Assembly: GCA_964016885.1 (NCBI GenBank)
Contig: CAXHJY010000270.1
Coordinates: 64,317 to 128,316 of the forward strand
DNA from: Eledone cirrhosa
Lineage: Eukaryota
Length of the DNA stretch: 64,000 nt
Direction of reading: 5' to 3'
Shown: positions 26,173 to 40,009 of the stretch, piece by piece
How positions within the stretch are numbered: position 1 is the first letter of the stretch
Layout: each line of letters starts with the position of its first letter
Made by a program: the position numbers and the translations under genes
The notes under the pieces: model-generated
Seen by the model: only the letters and a program-made list of their open reading frames with translations
Database searches by the model: none
Told to the model about the DNA's origin: nothing

Positions 26173-27000
26173 ATGTGTGTGTGTGTGTGTATATATGTGT
26201 GTGTATATGTGTGTGCATATATGTGTGTATATATATATGTGTGTATATATATATGTGTGTGTATATATATATATATGTGTGTGTATATATATATGTGTGT
26301 ATGTATATATATATGTGTATGTATATATATATGTGTGTGTGTATATATGTGTGTGTGTATATATGTGTATGTATATATATATGTGTGTGTATATATGTGT
26401 GTGTATATGTGTGTGTGTGTATATATGTGTGTGTGTATATATATGTGTGTGTGTATATATATGTGTGTGTATATATGTGTGTGTGTTTATATGTGTGTGT
26501 ATATATGTGTGTGTATATATATATGTGTGTGTGTGTATATATGTGTGTGTGTATATATATATATGTGTGTATATATATGTGTGTGTATATATATATGTGT
26601 GTGTGTATATATATATATATGTGTATATATATGTCTATATATATATGTGTGTGTGTATGTATATATATGTGTGTGTGTGTGTATGTATATATATGTGTGT
26701 GTGTGTGTATGTGTATATATATCTATGTGTGTGTATGCATACACGCTGTTTACCTTAAATAACCAAAACATTAGAATTATTCAGAGATTTAACATAGAAT
26801 TCAAAATGTCAGCCTCTCAAATCTAAATTTTCCGATTAATTTAAAATAGCGTAAAATAGAATAGAAAGGAAGTTCTCCGCCATAAACTGTCTTAGGGACG
26901 TCCACCATTTAATGGGAGGTTAAAGGTTCGTTTTGACGGAGATTCTTTGAATGTTGAATATGTAAAAGTTACCAATGACAATAAAGTTAAATAAATAATG

Positions 27001-27035
<35 letters not shown>

Positions 27036-27648
27036 TACATATATATATAGACAGTTATTAGTCATTTTTTGCGTTTGTGACATATATTCAAATATTTGTC
27101 AAATGTTTAACTTAACATTTTGACCTCCATTTTCTATTTAAACGCTGAAAGATATAACAATGTTTATTTCATGAAAAAAAACTCCTTTTAAACATTCTAT
27201 ACCCACCGGGTCTTCCTTTTCTGCCAACTTTTCGTCTATTTATAATAAATGGATATCCACCGCCATCGACGATGTGTGCATTACTGTTTGTTTGATGAAT
27301 TGAACGTTCTACACAATAAATTAACTTGCGAGTGACTCACTCTCCTACACATGTACTCACAAGCCAATTTCTGGGAGTGGTGAGATAGGAATCACCTTAA
27401 CACGCTGTGTTCCTGTTGAGGTGTTCGTCCATATTTGTACCCTTAACGTTATTCTCCTGGAGACTTTATGTGACACATATCGTGTTTAAGATTGGCACAT
27501 TGAATTAGTGGTACAATCCAATATAGCGTATATATTTAGTGTATATATTTAGTGTATATATTATGTATATATTCAGTGTGTATATAGTGTATATATTTAG
27601 TATATATATATATATATATATAGTGTATATATATAGTGTATATATTTA

Positions 27649-27686
<38 letters not shown>

Positions 27687-27727
27687 TATGTATATAGCGT
27701 ATATTTTTAGTCTATATTTAGTGTATA

Positions 27728-27945
27728 CTAGCTGAATGGCCCGGCGTTGCTCGGGATTCTAAACATAGATTGGCATGTTTATCCCTCCTTTCTGAAACAG
27801 TACAGAGAAGTACGGAATACCTCGGCCTCGGGATGGTGTCTACATTTTGTGCTTATAAAAAAAATTCAGCGTAGATTACCAGAGTTTTTTTCCGTGCGAA
27901 GAAAATCAATACTTTATCGGGAAATAAATACTTTTGTTTATATTT
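27728..27945 (-). mobile_element. Non-autonomous Helitron 3' end (5' boundary approximate)
   Basis: The minus strand ends CCCGAGCAACGCCGGG-ccattcag-CTAG|T, the canonical hairpin plus CTRR terminus. Confidence 0.7.
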
Positions 27946-28059
27946 TGTTATTGTGTATGCAAAAATGATATATATTTATCCTTATTGAGCCTCGTGAAAT
28001 AAATACGTTTGTTTATATTGTTTATATTGTGTATGTAAAAATATCTGTACACGAATATA

Positions 28060-28140
<81 letters not shown>

Positions 28141-28142
<2 letters not shown>

Positions 28143-28405
28143 AAGGCGGGTAAAATTCCCGAGATCCATGGACGAGTTCTCTCCAGCGGTCTCTGTCCCT
28201 CATTATCGTTGCCATGTCCTGCGTCTCCAACAGATCAGTGTCTGTCCTTAGGGCATCAACATACGTTAACCTTGGTCTTCCTCTTCTAGTGTGTCCATGT
28301 AGGGGCTCCCAAAGGAGCACTGAGTGCAATGTCAACTCTGGATGTCGGTGAGCATGTCCAGCTAACCTCAGTGTCCTCCGTGTATCTTTTGAGCTGACTT
28401 TTGGG
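28141..28405 (-). mobile_element. 5'-truncated RTE-like LINE (second family) flanked by (TA)n
   Basis: Translates as LRLAGHAHRHPEL...LLWEPLHG..RRGRPRLTYVD...DRDRWR, an RTE-type C-terminus. Confidence 0.8.
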
Positions 28406-28436
<31 letters not shown>

Positions 28437-28511
28437 TGACAGACGGGACCTTCTGAAACTAAAAAAAATCAATCGGTGAACGCAGAAGTAAATATTTCGA
28501 AAAACGTTACA

Positions 28512-28617
<106 letters not shown>

Positions 28618-28620
28618 TGT

Positions 28621-29235
28621 AGCGTTATCATGTCGTAATGCAGACAACCAGACATACAGACAGATATTATAAGGGCGCAACGTTATATCTATGTATCTAT
28701 CTAAAAAGAAAGACTAAGAATTATAGAGAGAGATCGCTAAATCAGCTAATGCGGTCCCTAGGGCTTTGAAAATTTGAAATTTCTTGTGCTCAAAACACTC
28801 ACAGGACCATAAGTATTACATGTGTAAAGTTTGAAAACAATCAGTTGTGCGGTTCTCGAGTTTTAGGGAGACAGACAGACTGACATTCTCTGTTTTAGAT
28901 ATATAGACTAGCAGAAAACCACGCGTGGGCGGTTTTCTGCTAGTCTATATATCTAAAACAGAGAATGTCTGTCTGCCTGTCAGCTCACTAAAACTTGAGA
29001 ACCATCCAACCGATTGTTTTCAAACTTTAGACATGTAATACTTATGGTCCTGTGAGTGTTTTGAGCAAAAATTATTTCAAATTTTCAATGCCCTAGGGAC
29101 CGCATTAGGCGATTTAGCGTTCTCTCTATATAATTCTTAGTTTTTCTTTTTAGATAGATACATAGATATAACGTTGCGCCCTTATAATATCTGTCTGTAT
29201 GTCTGGCTGTCTGCATTAGGTCATTATGACGCGCT
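28621..29235. repeat. ~600 bp imperfect palindrome of two Helitron-like 5' ends around a CTAG hairpin
   Basis: 28636-28920 is the reverse complement of 28931-29218. Each arm starts CTAG|TCTATATATCTAAAACAGAGAATGTC. Confidence 0.9.
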
Positions 29236-29586
29236 CAGTGTGTGTGTGTGTGTATATATATATACGTATCGTAATGCAGACAGCAAGACATAGCTTTCCT
29301 TCCCCTCTTCCAGCGTCTCTCTCTCCCCCCCCCCCGCTATCCCCCTCTTGTAGTCTGTCTCTTTCTTTCACTCTCACTCTCTCTCTACGCGTCGGACAGA
29401 CAGACAGAGAAATTGCTGGTTATATATTATAAGGAGATTAAACTTTAAGCAATGAATTTCTGTTTTCACCCTAAGCTGGATTACCGGAAACTCTTATACA
29501 CCCTTATCGAGTCCTCTTTTGATTTTGGTCTTTGTATTTATTATTACTTTCTATATATGTGTTTGTGTTTGTGTGTGTGTGTGTGT

Positions 29587-29637
<51 letters not shown>

Positions 29638-29749
29638 TGTATATATATGTATGTATGTATGTGTGTGTGTATGTATGTGTACGTGTCTGTATATATATGC
29701 ATGTGTGTGTACATGTCTGTATATATATGCATGTGTGTGTTCGTGTCTG

Positions 29750-29784
<35 letters not shown>

Positions 29785-29794
29785 ATGTGTATAG

Positions 29795-30080
29795 TGGAGG
29801 CACGTGGCCTTTTGGTAAGAGTGTTGGACTTACGAACATAATGTCGTGGGCTCGATTCCTGGGTTGCGTGTTGTGTTCTTGAGCAAAACACTTCATTTCC
29901 CTTTGCTCCAGTATACTAAGCTGAAAATGAGTACCAGCATTAGCTGGAGGTTTAACCCTGCGATGAACTGGCGTCCTGTCCAGGGGGGGGGGGGGGTGTT
30001 CTTGCACTCTCAGTCGCTTCACACCATGAAACCGGGATAAGCACCGGCTAAACGACGAGCCTTCTGGCTTAAGACTTTTT
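29795..30080 (+). mobile_element. tRNA-derived SINE (family 1)
   Basis: A- and B-box-like head, core TTCTTGAGCAAAACACTT, then AACCCTGCGATGAACTGGCGTCCTGTCCAGGG. Confidence 0.75.
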
Positions 30081-30112
30081 TAGTATGTGTATATCAATGT
30101 GTCTGAGTGTAT

Positions 30113-30146
<34 letters not shown>

Positions 30147-30151
<5 letters not shown>

Positions 30152-30357
30152 AACGAGTAGGACCCCGACGGCTGAGCTCAAGCTGTTACGACGGCTAATT
30201 CTGGACTAAAATTTTTTTAGTCCAGAATCAGCCGTCGAAACGGCTTGAGCTCAGCCGTCGGGGTCCTACTCGTTCCTATTACCCACTCTACTGCCCTAAG
30301 TATTGAGTACTTTGGTGCGTTATGGTCCACCTGGTTCCCTACCACATTTCTTTCGTT
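30147..30357 (+). mobile_element. Penelope-like fold-back mini-element in (TA)n
   Basis: Palindrome at 30147-30279. The right arm holds a hammerhead 3' half, GAAA-CGGCT tgagctc AGCCG-TC. The tail carries TATTGAGTAC. Confidence 0.65.
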
Positions 30358-30776
30358 ATATATATATATATATAGATATATATATATATATATATATGTA
30401 TATACACACACAGACAACCCGTCAATTTAAAAGGAGTATTTTTTTTTTTTATAACACTGAACTAATTTCTTCACAGAGGTACTCCACCCAAATTCCACTA
30501 AATGAATTATTGCTAAGTCGGTTTTCTTTCTAAATATTTAATTTTCGTGACCAGATAACTTGTTTGAAGCCAATAAAGCAATTATTTACATGAAAGTGTT
30601 CAAGCTTTCCACAACTGTTACAGCAGATAACGCCGTTCACTTTAAAGAAATCTAAACTTCTTTCTAGAACAATTTATTTACAATTTCAATTATTTCCGTT
30701 ATTAACGAAAATAAAAATGAAAAAAAAACAATACAAAAAACAAGTATCTCTCTTCACCCATCTCTCTCCCTATGTA

Positions 30777-30837
<61 letters not shown>

Positions 30838-30849
30838 CGTATGTATGAA

Positions 30850-30885
<36 letters not shown>

Positions 30886-31120
30886 TGTATGTATGTATGT
30901 ATACATGTATGTATGTATACATGTATGTATGTATACATGTATGTATGTATACATGTATGTATGTATGAATGTATGTATGTATGTATGTATGAATATTTGT
31001 ATGAATACATGTATGTATGTATATATGTATGTATGTATGTATGTATGAATATATGTATGTATGTATGTATGTATGAATATATGTATGAATACATGTATGT
31101 ATGTATGTATGTATGTATGA

Positions 31121-31153
<33 letters not shown>

Positions 31154-31245
31154 TGAATACATGTATGTATGTGTGAATGAATATATGTATGTAGGTATAA
31201 ATGCTTGTATGTGTGTATGCGTCTCTGTATGTATGTATGTATGTA
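30838..31245. repeat. (ATGT)n tract
   Basis: Direct inspection. Confidence 0.9.
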
Positions 31246-31567
31246 TACAAACATATATTATACACACTGCTCTAGATTTGCACATATAACAGAAAACGTA
31301 TAGGTCTGCACACACGTACAAACAAACATACATACATATATATCTATATACACATACATGTATACATTCGTATATAACTACATCTATCAATCTATATATC
31401 TCTCACTCTATATATGTATATATACATATATGCAGCTATATACATACATATATATATATATCTATATAGAAATACATATATACTTACGTATCTACGTACA
31501 TCTATCTATCTATCTATATCTCTCTATATATATTTACACATCTATATATATATACATCTATATACAT

Positions 31568-31626
<59 letters not shown>

Positions 31627-32039
31627 TATTTATATATATATATACCTACCTATACACACACACACGCACATATACATATATAAATATATATATGTACATA
31701 TATATATGTACAAATATATAAATGTATCTACATCTATACATATACATACATTTCAATCTGAGTGTGTCTATTATCAGGCAAGTCCTAACTATACATCTCT
31801 ACATCCCTGTATGTCTATTATCACGTAAGTAATTTGTATATAAACAATGTGAAATACACTTTAAAATGGCGGCTGCGAACACTTCAATGGAATAATAGAC
31901 TTTTGAATAAATATTTCGGATACTGGTTCCTTCTATTACTTCTTCCTTTTCTTTGACTTCTTCCCTTCCTCTGTTTCTGTCTGTATCTCCTCCTGAATAT
32001 ATATATATATCTATCTCTCTCTCTCTCTCTATATATATA

Positions 32040-32102
<63 letters not shown>

Positions 32103-32621
32103 TAAAATAAACAAACATTTCATTGCCTTTCTCGCTGTCATTACCCAAACAATTTTAATATAGTCGTCTTTCATTAATGGCTAACATAAAATACAACATG
32201 TATAAACAGCCATTTAAAGTCTGCTTACTATAATATATTCCTTCTCCCCTTTCCATCTTTCCGTCCTTCCTTCCTTCTTTCCTTCCTTCTTTCTTTCTTT
32301 CTTTCTGTCCTTCCTTCTTTCCTTTCTTCTTCCTTTCTATCTATCTTTCTTTCCTTCTTCATCTCCCTCTACGTCAATGTCGTGTCCCAGTTGTTAATGT
32401 TGTATTTGTACTTAATTTAAATATTGAACGTTTCTCTGTCTCTCTCTTTCAAGTGTTACTATCATTATATTTCGGCCATATATAACGTGTCGAATTTTCC
32501 TACTGGAAATTTATTAGGCGTTTTTCTTTGTATCTCCTCTCCGTATTTATACAATATATTATATATATGTATATATTATATATTTATATATATCCGTCTG
32601 TCTATTTCTATGTCTATCTAA

Positions 32622-32713
<92 letters not shown>

Positions 32714-32714
<1 letters not shown>

Positions 32715-33205
32715 AAAAACGAAGGAGAGGCGGTTTTCCTTTGTGTGATAGCTATGGCGAAAGAGGTATAGTGGACAAGGTTGAAAGGGCTGAGGTCAGA
32801 CACCTTTCTCTCCGACCAACAACTGATTCTTTTTTTCAAATACCACTTTGGAAGAAGAATCAGGATGGAGAGAGAGGTGCTGTACCCCAGCAAGTTTTAT
32901 GAAAGGTAGGTGAAAGTGGCGAGAATGGCCCGAGTGAATGGGCCTTCTCTCTATATCAGCCTGTAGGTTGAGGAAAAGGAGGAGGAGAGGAAAGGAGTAC
33001 AAACTCTTCCTACTCCTGGAGATGAGGGTTTCACATTTTTTCGGGGGTATGTGTAACCCATATGAACTGTCTTCCCCCTATTGGGGAAAATCGACTAATT
33101 TTTTGAATTGCATTTGTGATAACATTTTACACGTTTTTATTGTATGTAAACTTCCCCCTTTGTATTTGTCCCCTTCTTTTGTGCCCCTGTGGCTAATAAA
33201 GAAAC
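32714..33205 (+). mobile_element. L1/Tx1 3' fragment inserted in (TATC)n
   Basis: Homologous to the ORF end at 22751-23010 and to the UTR at 22095-22479. Both flanks are TATC repeats. Confidence 0.8.
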
Positions 33206-33325
33206 ATATCTATCTATCTATTCATATATATATATATAGATAAGCCTAACCCGGGTTCAATCGGGGGTAACCACAGTAAGTAAGGTACTCAATACACAGC
33301 AGAGTATAAATATTTAATATAGAAA

Positions 33326-33375
33326 AGTTTCTACAGGACTAGAACTGTTTCATTCGTGAGAATTTATCAGGAAGC
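33326..33375 (-). ncRNA. Inverted partner hammerhead motif with a different core substitution
   Basis: GCTTC-CTGATAA-ATTC tcac GAAT-GAAA-CAG ttctagtc CTG-TA-GAAACT. Confidence 0.65.
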
Positions 33376-33533
<158 letters not shown>

Positions 33534-33989
33534 ATTCAATTAAGGAAATTTGGTTGATCAGATAATCCACTAACTTTGCTTTTAAACACATGTAAATGAC
33601 TCTACAACTCGTTTTACTTAAAGTATTATCAATAAGGTATCAACCAGAGTGTCGATATTATAAGGAAGAGAGACAGTTTTAAATGTACATCCTCTGTTTA
33701 TTATATAACCCTGTTATACGTATTTCAAAGATGTCAAAGTAATTGCATAATAACCTTCTGATGTGTTCTCTTCAGACAGGAGCAAAGTTGCGGTGTTTTT
33801 GGTTGTAATATGCTACTGGGATTATGAGCGTTGTTGTAGCAGTAGTCGTATGATGTGGATGGCTATCATAGTAGGCAGATAGAAGGTTCAAGGGATGGTT
33901 AGTAAGTTAAGCTATCAAATTAACAGAGGGGGTCAGTCGCCCCGGTTGATATATGTTAAAAAATTTATTCTTATAATCTAACAGACGGT

Positions 33990-34230
33990 ATGACCATCTT
34001 CCGTTCCGCGCTGGCAAACCACTCGTCTGGGCCGTGCCCCTAGTAGAGGAGACTTCTGGTGTCCTTGGCCCTAGGGTACCTCCCTATTCACCACCATAGG
34101 TACTGAGCTGGCTCGCTAGCCGCAAGTGTGAGCCTTGCGAGATGGAATGGCTCCTCCAGCGCATCTCCCTTATCATCCTCCGGGGAAGCACTTCCATTCT
34201 GTCGGCCGGGGCCGTGGGGCGGCCAGCACG
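33990..34230 (+). mobile_element. Second, frameshifted copy of the CRE-like fragment
   Basis: gagacttctggtgtccttggccc...gagatggaatggctcctccagcgcatc matches the reverse complement of 18220-18390. Confidence 0.7.
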
Positions 34231-34347
34231 TGGGACCCCATTTGCTCATAATACAGAGAGATGGGGATGGAGGCGATGTCAGTAGGAGTTCGGTTCTTCC
34301 GTGTCCGGACCTGGTGTGCAGCGTCAGTTGGCTGTGGAGAGGTAGGG

Positions 34348-34398
<51 letters not shown>

Positions 34399-34401
<3 letters not shown>

Positions 34402-34740
34402 AGGCATATGGCTTAGTGGTTAGAGCATTGGCCTTGTAATCGAAAGATTGTGAGTTCAGTTCTCAGACCGGGTGATGTGTTGTTTCCTTGAGCAAGACAC
34501 TTTATTTCACATTGCTTCAGTTTACTCAGCTGTAGAAATGAGATGATAGGGACTGGGGTCCATATCATTCCACTGTAAAGTGGTCGTGGAGGTGCCACGG
34601 CAAAAAAAAACACCCAGCACTCACTGTAAATGAGGTTGGTGATAGGAAGGGCATCCAGCTGTAGAAATCAAGTCAGAATCAGTTCCCGTCCCATCCTTGC
34701 AAGCAGGGAAAAAGCGGACGTAAAATGAAATGAAATGAAA
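34399..34740 (+). mobile_element. tRNA-derived SINE with RTE-derived 3' tail
   Basis: Head TGGCTTAGTGG and core TTGAGCAAGACACTT. The 3' end CCCGTCCCATCCTTGCAAGCAGGGAAAAAGCGGACGTAAAATGA matches the RTE end at 7830-7872. Confidence 0.82.
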
Positions 34741-35422
34741 AATATATATATATACGGTGATGAATTTGTTTTTCAAGGTTTTTGATATGAAATGGTGTGT
34801 CGAAACAAATATTGTTATACATGGGGAGGGTCATATTGTTCTACACACTGACTGTTTGGTTTGGGTTGGTTTTCGCTTCTGTATCTTTTATATCTCTATA
34901 GTTAATTTATTGGCCAATCAATGTTTAATATTGATTGACCAGCGGTTAAAAATGCAGATACAAATATATATATATATATATAGTCTATCAAAGATCTTTC
35001 GTCACACATCTGCGACATCATAAGTGGTACTATTGTTTCCTCCCGTTGTATTGTAAAGTCTACGACATTTTTATTTAATTTATTCATAAGTATATATAAA
35101 AGTATTATATTGTTCACTAACCGGACCCTGTGACACAACCGCAATGGCAAGATCTGCTTACTTATTTGTTTATTTGTTTGATCTTACAGCTGTGTATTTA
35201 TATTCCCTGGCTCTGTGTTATTAGAAGAGATTCGTGTGTAACTATGTAGTGGGGTACTGTGTTCCACAATGTAAAGTATACGGATCTTACCCGAGAATAG
35301 CTCTACGTTAACCTCAGAGCTAGGAAAACTATTATCAAATCCAATGAAGAATTATGGTCGCGCGTGGACAGACCTAGTAACTTTGACATCACCATCGGCT
35401 CTAACGGCAGCAGACAGAGAAA

Positions 35423-35468
35423 CAATTCGACAATTGTTTCAGGGTTATTGCCCCTTGTCAAGATACTG
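35423..35468 (-). ncRNA. Degenerate minimal hammerhead motif
   Basis: cagtatc-TTGACAA-GGGG caataa CCCT-GAAA-CAATTG-TC-gaattg. The core is two transitions away from CTGACGA. Confidence 0.5.
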
Positions 35469-35983
35469 TATCACTCTTTTTCTGCTACACACTAGAACTC
35501 TTGAGAATATATAATATTCTCTAAAGTATACATCTAAAGTATGCATCTAAAGTATACATCGGGCACGACAAAATAAAGTACCAGTAATGCACTGGGTAAT
35601 TGCTGGCCTTGTGCCAAAAGTAGAAACAATTATTATAATCGATATAAAACTGACGAATGCGTTTCTATTTATTTATCTATCTATCTGTCTGTCTATCTAT
35701 ACCCCCCCCCGCACTCACAATACGTTGAGACAGAAACACACACACACATACACACACACACACATACACACACACACATGCCTGTATGCGTTCGTGTGTG
35801 TATGGCTGATTTTGTGACTGTGTGTCTGTGTGTTTGTTCCTATTTCAATGACAGTTGTGTATTTATTCTTACAACTTTTAATGGCAGCTCTTAATGTATA
35901 CACTTATCCTTCTTTTTCAAAGTATCCTTTAGCCTCACTTGTATTTTTGTGATATATATATACCCATGCACACACTAATACAA

Positions 35984-36017
<34 letters not shown>

Positions 36018-37545
36018 GTGTGTATTTATATATATATTATCGACGTCTGCTTCTTGTCAATCATGACGTAAGTCTCATCATATTTCTGTCATTTTCCGTC
36101 ATAACACGCGATTCGTTTCAAAAGACGGTAGAATCTTTATTTCACCATTGGTTCAAATTAATCCGTAGTATTAAAATGCAAAATAAAATAGAAAGAAAAA
36201 TTAAAAAAAATTTAAAATAAAATTAAATAAAATCTATATTTAACCTCTGCAGGTTATCATAAAAATCAAACAAAGTCTAATATTACAAAATCTCGATTCA
36301 TTGGAAGGAAAAGAGGAAATCCTAGTTCAATATGATTCGATTTCAAAAGGTTGGATTAATTCTGTCTCCTATTTCCCGCCAAAAGTACAGTCTAGTTGAT
36401 GCCAGATGTAAGATCCAATATCAGTTATTTTAAAAATGGCGTCAAAATTTAAAAAATATATGACAAAATGTATTGCAAATAAAAACATCTTTTTAAAAAA
36501 TATTTTAAACAAGAAATACACATATTGTAAGGAGAGCTGCCATGAGGGGAACTATGGATTATAATTATAATTAGGAATTATTTTACAAATTTTAATTAAA
36601 GATATATAAAACAAATATTTCCTCTTGCTATAAATATCATTTATAAAAATAGAAAGAAAATATATTGAAAGACAAATTAGAAAGGAAATACGAGAAATAT
36701 CTTTTTATTTTTTTTTTTTATTTCAACAAAATTTTAGAAAATTTCCTTCTTTTTTAAATGATAAAAAAATGAGAGGAAAATAAAATGAAATGAAATACCA
36801 AAAAAAAAAAAAAAAAAAATGAGAAACAACTAAACATTTCGAAAAGAAAAATAAGCTGATTTGGTCCTCAAATTGCAGATGAAATAATACAAAAAAATTA
36901 ACAAAACAACCAATCAGAAAACAAAATAATGGAAGTAGAAAACAAGACGACGCGTGTGTGATCATATTTTAAATATTTTCTCTTCATTTACTAATATGAC
37001 ATGATATTTGGATTGGTGTAAAACATCCTCGATTTCTCCCCTCTTATGTTGTCGCTTTCTTTAATATTTTATTTGTTTCCTTTTTTGACTTGTTTCTCTT
37101 TGTTGTTTTCTGTAATCAAACATCTCGTTCGTCATTTGAGAAGAAAGCTGCTGTGTTACTTGTAAGGATTGTTATATTTACCTTATCCGTTCAATAAATC
37201 CATACAGGTGTGTGTTTAAATACGCCGTGGGTGAGAGGGAGAGTGGGGGGGGGTGTATATGATGTAATTTCTTCAAAAGTAGTTGACTCATTAGACCGAG
37301 AAAGATAAAGTTAGACGTTACAATGGCTACTGGCCAACCAACCATGGGCAGATCTGGTAATATTTTCAAATGAATATTTCACCGTCATATAATTAAAATG
37401 TTCTCAGTCTTTTACCATCTGTTGTTGCTGTTATTGTTGTTGAAGTGACACAATCATTAAGGTGTCGTATTGAATGTCTCGGTGATGGTTACGACTCTTA
37501 GAGATGGTCACGACTCTTAGAGATGGTCACACATTCGTGCGCTCA

Positions 37546-37606
<61 letters not shown>

Positions 37607-37807
37607 ATTCATATGTACATACATACGAAAAACAGACAAATATATATATATATATATATATGGTGTGGTATGTCGCGTAACTCGTAACTCCTGATAGAGT
37701 GGTAGGGGCGCCGTATTGCCATACGGCTTTTCTTAAGCATTTTAAGCCTGGCAGAGCCCATCCCTCTCCAGGCCTGAGTACAGCAGATTTCTTCCAGAGA
37801 GAGGAAG

Positions 37808-39910
37808 AATCGACCCCAGTGTTAAACTGGTACTTTTTCCATCGACCTCCAAAGGGTGACAAGCAAAGTTGACCTTGGTGGGATTTGAACTCGGAGAGCA
37901 GAGAACCGGAAGGAATGCCATAAAGAATTCTATCAGACGTTCTAACGACTCCACCATTCTATCTGACGTTCTAACCACTCTACCATTCTATCAGACGTTC
38001 TAACCACTCTACCATTCCATCCGACGCTCTAACGACTCCACCATTCTATCAGACGTTCTAACCACTCTACCATTCTATCAGACGTTCTAACCACTCTACC
38101 ATTCTATCCGACGTTCTAACCACTCTACCATTCTATCAGACGTTCTAACCACTCTACCATTCTATCAGACGTTATAACCACTCTACCATTCTATCCGACG
38201 CTCTAACGACTCTACCATTCTATCAGACATTATAACCACTCTACCATTCTATCTGACGTTCTAACCACTCTACTATTCTATCCGACGTTCTAACCACTCT
38301 ACCATTCTATCAGACATTATAACCACTCTACTATTCTATCTGACGTTCTAACCACTCTACTATTCTATCAGACGTTCTAACCACTCTACCATTCTATCAG
38401 ACGTTCTAACCACTCTACCATTCTATCTAACGTTCTAATCACTCTACCATTCTATCTGACGTTCTAACCACTCTACCATTCTATCTAACGTTCTAACCAC
38501 TCTACCATTCTATCAGACGTTCTAACCACTCTACCATTCTATCTGACGTTCTAACCACTCTACCATTCTATCAGACGTTCTAACCACTCTACCATTCTAT
38601 CTAACGTTCTAATCACTCTACCATTCTATCTGACGTTCTAACCACTCTACCATTCTATCTGACGTTCTAATCACTCTACCATTCTATCTGACGTTCTAAT
38701 CACTCTACCATTCTATCAGACGTTCTAACCACTCTACCATTCCATCCGACGTTCTAACCACTCTACCATTCTATCTGACGTTCTAACGGCTCGCCCATTC
38801 TATCTGACGTTCTAACCACTCTACCATTCTATCTGACGTTCTAACCACGCTACCATTCTATCAGACGTTCTAACCACTCTACCATTCTATCAGACGTTCT
38901 AACCACTCTACCATTCTATCTGACGTTCTAACCACTCTACCATTCTATCTGACGTTCTAACAACCCTACCATTCTATCTGACGTTCTAACCACTCTACCA
39001 TTCTATCAGACATTCTAACCACTCTACCATTCTATCTGACGTTCTAACCACTCTACCATTCTATCAGACATTCTAACCACTCTACCATTCTATCAGACAT
39101 TCTAACCACTCTACCATTCTATCTGACGTTCTAACCACTCTACCATTCTATCAGACATTCTAACCACTCTACCATTCTATCAGACATTCTAACCACTCTA
39201 CCATTCTATCTGACGTTCTAACCACTCTACCATTCTATCAGACATTCTAACCACTCTACCATTCTATCTGACGTTGTAACCACTCTACCATTCTATCAGA
39301 CATTCTAACCACTCTACCATTCTATCAGACATTCTAACCACTCTACCATTCTATCTGACGTTCTAACCACTCTACCATTCTATCAGACATTCTAACCACT
39401 CTACCATTCTATCAGACATTCTAACCACTCTACCATTCTATCTGACGTTCTAACCACTCTACCATTCTATCAGACATTCTAACCACTCTACCATTCTATC
39501 AGACATTCTAACCACTCTACCATTCTATCTGACGTTCTAACCACTCTACCATTCTATCCGACGTTCTAACCACTCTACCATTCTATCCGACGTTCTAACC
39601 ACTCTACCATTCTATCCGACGTTCTAACCACTCTAACAATCTATCTGACGTTCTAACCACTCTACCATTCTATCTGACGTTCTAACCACTCTACCATTCT
39701 ATCCGACGTTCTAACCACTCTACCATTCTATCTGACGTTCTAACCACTCTACCATTCTATCCGACGTTCTAACCACTCTACCATTCTATCTGACGTTCTA
39801 ACCAATCTACCACTCTACCTGACGTTCTAACGACACGACCATTCTATCCGACGCTCTAACGGCTCTACCATTCTATCTGACGTTCTAACGACACTGCCAA
39901 TTCGCCGCTT
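37808..39910 (-). mobile_element. Family-2 SINE split by an internal 29 bp array
   Basis: Head GCGGCGAATTGGCAGTGTCGTTAG at 39885-39909; B box and body at 37808-37925. Confidence 0.8.
37928..39900. repeat. 29 bp minisatellite, about 68 copies
   Basis: Unit ATTCTATCAGACGTTCTAACCACTCTACC. Confidence 0.95.
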
Positions 39911-40009
39911 ACGTACGTACGTACATACATAGATGGTGGTTGTAAACTCTGCTAAGAGTACTGCAATCGCTTGTCAGATTATAGAGTTTAGTGCCCCTTT
40001 TAGGCTACA

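Noticed and set aside
37293-37362. Possible small exon (TAG...GTAATA)
   Set aside because: Poor polypyrimidine tract and no recognisable peptide.
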